DNA from: Candidatus Moraniibacteriota bacterium
GTDB lineage: Bacteria > Patescibacteriota > Minisyncoccia > Moranbacterales > UBA1568
Length of the DNA: 64,000 bases
Assembly (NCBI GenBank): GCA_016699385.1
Contig: CP064974.1
Coordinates: 195,242-259,241, forward strand
Reading direction: 5' to 3'
Under the pieces are notes generated by a model. The model saw only the letters and a program-made list of their open reading frames with translations. It was not told the DNA's origin and ran no database searches. The translations under genes and the position numbers were made by a program. Below, piece after piece: positions 57,381-64,000 of this stretch (position 1 is its first letter; each line of letters begins with the position of its first letter).

Positions 57381-57652
57381 CTCTGAAATTTTCCTTCGGA
57401 ACGTTGCACTAAATTTCAGCCCTTCGGGGAATATAACAAGTATTATGAGGTTACGAAGTCTTGCAGACTTCTCATAATCCTGACATTAGCTGAAATATTC
57501 CTTTAGTCAGGAATTTTGATAAGCTTTTCAGTAGGGGATAAATTTAATTTTTCGTATACTATAGGGAGCGGTGGAAGGTAATAGAGTGCTTTCTTTCACT
57601 CTGGTACAGAAAACGAATTGTTTTTAAATCTTTCATCGGTAATGATGATATT

Positions 57653-58069
57653 ATGAAAATTACAGTTCAAACAACGATATCAGCAGACAAAAAGAAGGTT
57701 TGGGATCTTTATACAAATCCTAAGCATATTGTAAATTGGAATTTTGCATCAGAAGACTGGTGTTGTCCGAGTGCGGAAAATGATCTACAGGTTGGCGGGA
57801 AATACAAGGCACGAATGGAAGCAAAGGACAAAAGTTTTGGTTTTGATTTTGAAGCAACCTACAGTGAAGTTGTCGAGGGTGAAAGATTTTCATCCACTCT
57901 GGAAGATGGAAGAGAAGTAAATGTTTCTTTTGAAAACCTCGATGGTCAAACCAAGGTAGTAGTCGTTTTTGATGCAGAAAAAGAAAATTCTGAAGAAAAA
58001 CAAAGAAGTGGTTGGCAATCAATACTGGATAATTTTCGGTCTTATGCTGAAAGAGAAAAAAATGGGTAA
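57653..58069 (+). CDS. SRPBCC superfamily protein (AHSA1/START-like, YndB-type)
   Basis: 138 aa; KVWDLYTNPKHIVNW...GGKYKARMEAKDKSFGFDFEATY pattern. Confidence 0.65.
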   Translation: MKITVQTTISADKKKVWDLYTNPKHIVNWNFASEDWCCPSAENDLQVGGKYKARMEAKDKSFGFDFEATYSEVVEGERFSSTLEDGREVNVSFENLDGQTKVVVVFDAEKENSEEKQRSGWQSILDNFRSYAEREKNG

Positions 58070-58340
58070 AAACGATATTGAAACTAGCGTTGTTCACAAG
58101 ATACCTTCTGACCTAAACGAAGTCTTGACTTCTCGTTCAGACGTGCTTGAAAAATGGAACAAACTCACCCCATTGGCACGCAATGAGTGGATATGCTGGG
58201 TGACCATTGTCAAAAAACAAGAAACACGTAAAGAACATCTGGTTCGTTTGCAAGAGGATATTCTGAAAGGGAAAAAGCGACCCTGTTGTTGGCCGGGGTG
58301 TCCGCATCGCAGAGAAAGTGCGAAAAAGTGGTTTAAGTAA
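58062..58340 (+). CDS. YdeI/OmpD-associated family protein
   Basis: [33 protein letters not shown] matches the conserved core of that family; start chosen at MGKNDIE. Confidence 0.6.
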   Translation: MGKNDIETSVVHKIPSDLNEVLTSRSDVLEKWNKLTPLARNEWICWVTIVKKQETRKEHLVRLQEDILKGKKRPCCWPGCPHRRESAKKWFK

Positions 58341-58575
58341 AACGAAATACATCGCATTACTGAGAGGAATAAATGTCGGAGGAAATCGAAAAGTTGAGAT
58401 GAAAAAACTCAAAAAACTTTTCGAATCTTTGGGCTACGCAGATGTTGTAACGTATTTGAATTCCGGAAATGTTCTATTTGAATCAGATACGGAACAGGAT
58501 ACTTTGCAGAAAGAGATTCCAAAAAATTGGACAAATCTTTGCATAAAAGAATTCTTGGAGGCACTGTGGATATGA
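58318..58575 (+). pseudogene. DUF1697 family protein, N-terminal fragment only (85 aa versus about 180 aa typical)
   Basis: [31 protein letters not shown] matches the DUF1697 N-terminus; the ORF terminates early. Confidence 0.55.
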
Positions 58576-58726
58576 CTTCTGAGAGATGAAATGAGGAGAA
58601 AAGAACCGCGAATATTTCTGAAAAAACAAAGAAATTTGACAATTCATTGCGGAGCGTCGAGAATGATTGTACGCTTCTCTTTGTCTTTGCAGTCTCGCTT
58701 TTGAACGGGACTCGTGTTCTACTTGT

Positions 58727-59728
58727 ATGCTTGGGAATGGATTTACTCGCAAGAAAGTCGGGTCGCTCACGCTCGGCGAGAAACTTCAAAAAATACGCGC
58801 GGAGTATCGAGTGAATCTTGCGGATGTGGTTCGCGAGACGGGTATTCGTCGAGAATATCTCGAGTATCTTGAGCGTGGAGAATATACCAAATTGCCCGCG
58901 GATGTGTACATTCGCGGATTTTTGCGTAGTTACGCGCGGTTTCTCGGGGTTGATCCCAAGGCGCTCGTTCGTCTCTATGAACGGGAGCGGAGCATTGCTA
59001 AGAATCTTGGCAAAGAGCCTGAGAAGGCGCTTTCCGCGACTGCTAAGCCATCTCGGAAATTTTCGTTCTTTGTTGTCACGCCAAAGGTGATGATTGGGAG
59101 TGTTGTTGCTGTATGTGTGTTTGGCATTGCGCTCTATCTCTATCAGGAATACCGCACATTTGTCTCGGAACCCTATCTGGTACTTTTGGAACCATCGAAT
59201 GGGCAGACGGTTTCGAGTGATGAGAGCACCGTGGTCGGGAAGACAGACAAAGACGCAAAGCTCTTTTTGAATAATCAGCCGGTATTTGTGGATGAGTCAG
59301 GGGGATTTCGAGAACGAGTGCGCCTCCAGCCGGGAGTGAATACTGTCACCGTGAAAGTGGTGAATCGCTTTGAAAAAGAGCGTGTGGAGACGGTTTCGGT
59401 AATTGCCAACTATGATGTGCCAGAAAGCCCAGATCAGCCATCGTCAGAGGGGTCTGAGGCACCTCGAGTGCCAAAGCTGGTTCTCTCGACGAATGAGAAG
59501 AAGCCCGTGTCGATACTGGTTCGCTCCGATGGGCGCGAACTCTACAAGGGCGACCTCTTGACGGGGGAGACGAAAGAATTTGAATGCGAACGGGGCTGTA
59601 CGGTAGACTCGACATCTGGCTCGGGGACGCTTGCGAGTTGGGATGGTGGTGAGGCAAAGCCGATAGCAGAGAAGTCGGGGACAATTGTCGGCGTCGACTT
59701 CTCGCTTGCGCCGGAAAAGCAGGAATGA
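58727..59728 (+). CDS. rodZ: RodZ-like cytoskeleton protein (XRE-type HTH, TM, C-terminal DUF4115-like domain)
   Basis: LTLGEKLQKIRAEYRVNLADVVRETGIRREYLEYLERGEY HTH, one TM, beta-rich C-terminus. Confidence 0.65.
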   Translation: MLGNGFTRKKVGSLTLGEKLQKIRAEYRVNLADVVRETGIRREYLEYLERGEYTKLPADVYIRGFLRSYARFLGVDPKALVRLYERERSIAKNLGKEPEKALSATAKPSRKFSFFVVTPKVMIGSVVAVCVFGIALYLYQEYRTFVSEPYLVLLEPSNGQTVSSDESTVVGKTDKDAKLFLNNQPVFVDESGGFRERVRLQPGVNTVTVKVVNRFEKERVETVSVIANYDVPESPDQPSSEGSEAPRVPKLVLSTNEKKPVSILVRSDGRELYKGDLLTGETKEFECERGCTVDSTSGSGTLASWDGGEAKPIAEKSGTIVGVDFSLAPEKQE

Positions 59729-59788
59729 TATCGTTGAAGACTTTCTTGTTGTGAGAGGCTCGCAGTTTTTATATTAATCAGCACGAAT

Positions 59789-60829
59789 ATGTTTAAAGGA
59801 AAAGAAAAAGTGGAGAAGGCAGCGAAAACCGTCGAAAAAGCGGGTAAGAAGGATTTGAATGCGGTCATGGAGGAGATTCGTGAGAAGTTCGGTGATGGGA
59901 TGATTATGAAGCTAGGCGATGTGAAGAAGGTGGATGTTCAGGCGATTCCGACTGGCTCTGTGTCGCTCGATTTGGCACTTGGTATTGGCGGTGTGCCACG
60001 GGGGCGCATTGTCGAAATCTACGGACCAGAGTCGTCCGGAAAGACAACGCTCACGCTTCATATTGTCGCAAATGCCCAGAAGGCGGGCGGTTCAGCAGCC
60101 TTTGTGGATGCTGAGCATGCGCTTGACCCGGAATATGCCAAGCGGATCGGGGTGAATGTCGATGAACTGCTTATTTCTCAGCCGGATACAGGTGAGCAGG
60201 CGCTTGATATTGTTGAGACGCTTGTACGGTCGAATGCGGTTGATATTATTGTCGTCGACTCAGTGGCAGCGTTGGTGCCTAAAGCGGAAATCGAGGGCGA
60301 GATGGGAGATCAACATGTTGGTCGCCAAGCGCGACTTATGTCTCAGGCGCTTCGGAAATTGACGGCGATTATCTCTCGTTCCAATACGATTGTCGTGTTT
60401 ATCAATCAGATTCGCATGAAAATCGGCGTCATGTTTGGGAATCCGGAGACGACGACTGGCGGGCAAGCGCTCAAATTTTATTCATCTGTTCGTATCGAGG
60501 TGCGCCGCGCGGCACAGATCAAGAAGGGTGAAGAAATCGTTGGCAATCGCGTGAATGTGAAAATCGTCAAGAACAAAGTAGCACCGCCGTTTCGCAAGGC
60601 GGAATTCGATATCATGTACAATGAAGGCATCTCTCGAGAGGGCGATCTTCTCGATACGGGACTGCTTTACGAGGTTGTCAAGAAGAGTGGGAATTCCTTT
60701 CTTTTTGGTGAAGAAAAGCTCGGCGTCGGTCGTGAGGCCGCTCGGAATTTCCTCAAAGAGCATGCCGATATTGCTGAGAAAATAGAAATGGCAATAACTG
60801 AAAAAGCTAAGGATGACAGCAAGGTATAG
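59789..60829 (+). CDS. recA: Recombinase A
   Basis: [39 protein letters not shown] and the full RecA core. Confidence 0.95.
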   Translation: MFKGKEKVEKAAKTVEKAGKKDLNAVMEEIREKFGDGMIMKLGDVKKVDVQAIPTGSVSLDLALGIGGVPRGRIVEIYGPESSGKTTLTLHIVANAQKAGGSAAFVDAEHALDPEYAKRIGVNVDELLISQPDTGEQALDIVETLVRSNAVDIIVVDSVAALVPKAEIEGEMGDQHVGRQARLMSQALRKLTAIISRSNTIVVFINQIRMKIGVMFGNPETTTGGQALKFYSSVRIEVRRAAQIKKGEEIVGNRVNVKIVKNKVAPPFRKAEFDIMYNEGISREGDLLDTGLLYEVVKKSGNSFLFGEEKLGVGREAARNFLKEHADIAEKIEMAITEKAKDDSKV

Positions 60830-60880
60830 TGCGACCTTGGTGTGTGGGTGAGTGTTTCGCAGAAACGATTCTTGCGATGC

Positions 60881-60910
60881 TTGACAAAAGAAAATGCAAT
60901 TGCTAGACTC
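60881..60910 (+). promoter_or_regulatory. Sigma70-type promoter TTGACA, 17 nt, TAGACT upstream of tuf
   Basis: Seen directly. Confidence 0.45.
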
Positions 60911-61103
60911 TGAAAAGCGCTCGGGGTTCCGAGTATTTCTCTTTCTTTTTGAAGGGGATGTGGTACACTCAAAAAAGTAATGTTTGCGTAAACTGTTAAT
61001 TCTCCTGTAAAGGAAGTTTCCGCGTCATGTTATTTTCTGTTTCCTTCTCCTGGAGAAGTGATGACAGAAATACAAAGGACGTAAACTTTCCGGGACAAAT
61101 CGT

Positions 61104-62294
61104 ATGGCGGAGCAATTCAAGCGGGATAAGCCGCACGTGAATGTTGGAACTATCGGTCATGTCGACCACGGAAAGACAACTCTTACCGCGGCACTTTTGC
61201 ATGTTCTGAGTCTGAAGGGTTTTGCAAAAGAGAAAAATGTCAATGAAATTGACAATGCTCCAGAAGAGAAAGCTCGCGGTATTACGATTGCTACCTCACA
61301 CTGCGAGTATGAATCCGAGGCGCGTCACTATGCACACGTGGACTGTCCGGGACATGCTGACTATATCAAGAACATGATTACGGGAGCCGCTCAGATGGAT
61401 GGAGCGATTCTCGTGGTGTCTGCGACCGATGGTCCGATGCCACAGACTCGTGAGCACATCCTTTTGGCTCGCTATGTTAATGTTCCTGCCATTGTGGTCT
61501 TCCTCAATAAGGTAGACATGGTGGATGATCCAGAACTTGTTGATCTCGTTGAAGCAGAAGTCCGGGAATTGCTTTCGAAGTATGAATTTGATGGAGACAA
61601 TGCTATTGTGGTTCGCGGAAGCGCGCTCAAAGCACTCGAGTCGAAGTCTGTTGATGATGCCGATGCAAAGCCGATTCTTGATCTTGTTGCAGCACTTGAT
61701 TCGAAAATTCCAGCGCCAACACGCGATATGGACAAGGCGCTTCTCATGCCAATCGAAGATATCTTTTCCATTGAAGGTCGCGGCACGGTAGTCACTGGTC
61801 GTATCGAACGTGGTTCCGTCAAGATAAACGAGGAAGTTGAAATCGTTGGAATTCGCCCAACAGTGAAGACTGTCGTGACGGGTATCGAAATGTTCAATAA
61901 ATCACTCGATAGCGGAAACGCTGGCGACAATGCCGGAATTCTTCTTCGAGGTATCAAGAAAGAAGATGTCGAACGTGGTCAGGTTTTGGCAAAGCCAGGC
62001 TCCATAACCCCGCATACAGAGTTTGAGAGCGAAGTGTATGTCCTGACCAAAGAAGAAGGCGGGCGACACACACCTTTCTTTAAGGGCTACAAACCTCAGT
62101 TCTATATCCGAACAACCGACGTGACTGGCGATGTCACGCTTCCAGAAGGTTCTGAAATGGTGATGCCTGGTGATACAGTGAAGCTCAAAGTGAAGCTTCT
62201 TGCTCCAGTCGCCATGGAAGAAGGAATGCGCTTCGCTATTCGTGAGGGTGGACGAACGGTTGGTGCTGGTGTGGCAACTTCTATTATCAAGTAG
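61104..62294 (+). CDS. tuf: Elongation factor Tu
   Basis: [35 protein letters not shown]; 396 aa. Confidence 0.95.
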   Translation: MAEQFKRDKPHVNVGTIGHVDHGKTTLTAALLHVLSLKGFAKEKNVNEIDNAPEEKARGITIATSHCEYESEARHYAHVDCPGHADYIKNMITGAAQMDGAILVVSATDGPMPQTREHILLARYVNVPAIVVFLNKVDMVDDPELVDLVEAEVRELLSKYEFDGDNAIVVRGSALKALESKSVDDADAKPILDLVAALDSKIPAPTRDMDKALLMPIEDIFSIEGRGTVVTGRIERGSVKINEEVEIVGIRPTVKTVVTGIEMFNKSLDSGNAGDNAGILLRGIKKEDVERGQVLAKPGSITPHTEFESEVYVLTKEEGGRHTPFFKGYKPQFYIRTTDVTGDVTLPEGSEMVMPGDTVKLKVKLLAPVAMEEGMRFAIREGGRTVGAGVATSIIK

Positions 62295-62426
62295 ATTTTC
62301 GAGAAAGAGCGCAAGCTGAAGAATTCTCTCCAGCTTGCCACTGTTTCCCGAAACAAACGTTTCCAAGACATTGGAAAATGGTCAGGATATTCTTCGGGAA
62401 AGATTTAATTTCGGTATTCCTCTCAC

Positions 62427-62756
62427 ATGAAGAAGTCGGAACCGGTTGGAGCACTCAATCGAGTGAGAATCAAGATTAAGGCATACGATCACAAAGTGAT
62501 TGATCAGACGGCTCGGAAAATCGTCGAGACGGCGGAGCGGACAGGGGCTCGGGTAGCTGGTCCAGTGCCTTTGCCGACTGAGACACATCGGGTGACAGTG
62601 AACCGATCTTCGTTTGTGCATAAAGATGCGCGAGATCAGTATGAAATGCGCGTTCATAAAAGGGTAGTAGACATCCTCGAGCCAACGGCAAAAACCATAG
62701 ATCATCTGACGAATCTTGATCTTCCGGCGGGGGTGGATATTGAAATAAAAATGTAA
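62427..62756 (+). CDS. rpsJ: 30S ribosomal protein S10
   Basis: [38 protein letters not shown] is a canonical S10. Confidence 0.95.
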   Translation: MKKSEPVGALNRVRIKIKAYDHKVIDQTARKIVETAERTGARVAGPVPLPTETHRVTVNRSSFVHKDARDQYEMRVHKRVVDILEPTAKTIDHLTNLDLPAGVDIEIKM

Positions 62757-62768
62757 GAGTAAGGGCAT

Positions 62769-62812
62769 TCGAAAAATCGGCGCATTCCCGTGTACCTATT
62801 TTTCGAATGTTC
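62769..62812 (+). other. Hairpin with 12-bp perfect stem (CATTCGAAAAAT/ATTTTTCGAATG, 20-nt loop) in an unusually long (248 bp) rpsJ-rplC spacer
   Basis: Seen directly. Confidence 0.6.
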
Positions 62813-63004
62813 TGCTCCTTTCTCGAAAAATAGAAAACTCGTTCAAGTCCGACTCTCGGGGAAGAAACGGATGGAGAGAATGGATACTCAGCGGGACCGA
62901 AACAGACTCTATGTCTGTAGTATGGGACTGGCTTTTGACCGGTTTTTTTGTTGCTTGAGATTCGAGAGGCTTCATCCGAAAATTCACTGTCTTTGCTGTA
63001 TTCT

Positions 63005-63601
63005 ATGAAATTTCTTCTGGGGAAAAAACTCGGCATGACGACTATCCATGATCCGGAAAAGGGTGCGCGGAATGTCACGCTTATTGAATGTGACACTAAT
63101 ACCGTAACTTTGGCGCGCAGTATTAAACGTGATGGATATGTGGCGCTTCAGGTGGAGATGCTGAAGACACGACGTAAGAATGCCCAGCGAGAGTTTCGTC
63201 TTGATAAGAAGCTTTCTGAGACGGAATCATCTGCTTTGGTGGAGTCATTTCCGATTGGTGCCGTGTTGCCGATGGATATCTTTACAGTCGGAGAACGTGT
63301 TTCTGTTTCTGGTATCACAAAAGCAAAAGGCTTTCAGGGTGTTGTGAAGCGGCATGGATTCAAAGGTGCACCAAAAACACACGGACATAAACACGATCTT
63401 CGTGCACATGGATCGATTGGAGCAACATTCCCACAGCATGTTATCAAGGGAATGCGTATGGCAGGGCGTATGGGAGGAGTTCGATCGACAACGAAGAATC
63501 TCTCAGTCTCCTATGTAGACCCAGAGAAACGGCTGATAGGACTCCGTGGAGCAGTTCCTGGCAGTCGGGGGAGTGTCATTGAAATACGGTCGGCTAAGTA
63601 A
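63005..63601 (+). CDS. rplC: 50S ribosomal protein L3
   Basis: MKFLLGKKLGMTTIHD... canonical L3 N-terminus; start chosen at 63005 rather than the upstream in-frame M at 62948. Confidence 0.9.
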   Translation: MKFLLGKKLGMTTIHDPEKGARNVTLIECDTNTVTLARSIKRDGYVALQVEMLKTRRKNAQREFRLDKKLSETESSALVESFPIGAVLPMDIFTVGERVSVSGITKAKGFQGVVKRHGFKGAPKTHGHKHDLRAHGSIGATFPQHVIKGMRMAGRMGGVRSTTKNLSVSYVDPEKRLIGLRGAVPGSRGSVIEIRSAK

Positions 63602-63636
63602 CTAACATGAATCGGATTTGAACGGAAAATGAACTG

Positions 63637-64000
63637 ATGCAGCATGTGAATCTTATGACAACACTTCCAGTCTACAATCTTGAAGGGAAAGAGGTGAGCT
63701 CGATTGAGCTCGATGAACGCGTGTTTGCGCTTCCTAAAAATGATGCACTTCTTCACGAAGTCTATGTCTCTTTGTCGGCGAATGAGCGAGGGGTGTATGC
63801 GCATACCAAGGGGCGTGGCGAGCGGAAGGGTTCAGGGAAGAAGCCGTGGAAGCAGAAACATACGGGTCGCGCACGCGCAGGAAGCGTTCGAAGTCCTCTG
63901 TGGAGGAAGGGTGGCGTTGTTTTTGGACCGAAGAAAGATCGAAATTTTTCAAAGAAGATAAATCGTAAGGTTCGTCAGAAAGCAATAAAGATTGCATTGA
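63637..64000 (+). CDS. rplD: 50S ribosomal protein L4, partial (runs off the window end)
   Basis: Manual translation: MQHVNLMTTLPVYNLEGKEV...KPWKQKHTGRARAGSVRSPLWRKGGVVFGPK, a canonical L4. Confidence 0.85.
   Translation, partial: MQHVNLMTTLPVYNLEGKEVSSIELDERVFALPKNDALLHEVYVSLSANERGVYAHTKGRGERKGSGKKPWKQKHTGRARAGSVRSPLWRKGGVVFGPKKDRNFSKKINRKVRQKAIKIAL

Noticed and set aside
60830-61103. Possible tRNA genes upstream of tuf (as in the E. coli tufB operon)
   Set aside because: No cloverleaf or GTTCGAATC-type T-arm found; only a promoter-like TTGACA/TAGACT.
62790-63008. 72-aa ORF in the rpsJ-rplC spacer
   Set aside because: Cys/Arg-rich low-complexity translation, not in frame with L3, overlaps the hairpin; more likely non-coding.
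1-64000. Alternative genetic code (TGA as Gly, as in some CPR lineages)
   Set aside because: Long conserved genes (for example nrdD) terminate at TGA and have no internal TGA; the standard code fits.
1-64000. CRISPR arrays
   Set aside because: No regularly spaced direct repeats were seen anywhere; the only repeats are the tRNA-end att copies, the nrdD hairpin pair and the island IR/DRs.

Overview
This 64-kb window looks like part of a small-genome bacterium (gene content and style resemble Patescibacteria/CPR-type genomes), read with the standard genetic code: TGA terminates the long ORFs. The window is mostly housekeeping and envelope genes. In coordinate order: a glycosyltransferase (partial) and a nucleotide-sugar dehydrogenase; a sigma-70 region-4-like HTH protein followed by a conserved hypothetical and a VirD4/TraG-like coupling-protein ATPase; FtsB-like, PrsA-like PPIase and HtrA; an RND efflux pair; an RNHCP protein; a secreted lamin-tail/PKD protein; a YqjE/ElaB-like pair; an amidase; glycine--tRNA ligase (GlyRS), an M16 peptidase, an AI-2E transporter, RsmI, methionine--tRNA ligase (MetRS), TatD; a Fur/Zur-family regulator with znuABC; a class III ribonucleotide reductase locus (nrdD, nrdG); ADP-forming acetyl-CoA synthetase; cyclophilin; UvrB; LemA/HtpX; pyruvate kinase; MazG; then tRNA-Ser(CGA), RodZ-like, RecA, EF-Tu, S10, L3 and L4 (partial). 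Three things stand out. (1) nrdD is split: the 692-aa main ORF ends at the zinc ribbon, and the glycyl-radical motif sits in a separate 83-aa ORF about 170 bp downstream. The intervening spacer holds a long hairpin (27-bp stem, 28-nt loop); a second hairpin with an essentially identical loop but a different, still complementary stem lies in the nrdD 5' leader, nested in a larger fold and followed by a terminator-like hairpin. This looks like an undescribed cis-regulatory or mobile RNA element tied to the anaerobic RNR operon. (2) A roughly 8-kb accretion of integrative elements sits at tRNA-Ser, with three copies of the tRNA 3'-end repeat. Element 1 carries a large serine recombinase and a rolling-circle Rep. 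Element 2 is AT-rich and carries a two-gene cassette whose first protein has an R-N-x3-H HEPN-like motif (candidate defense or toxin system), plus a decayed copy of the recombinase. (3) The Zur-like regulator has an apparent 1-nt frameshift and a perfect 17-bp palindrome inside its own promoter spacer. All homology calls are from motif recognition by eye; none were checked against databases.
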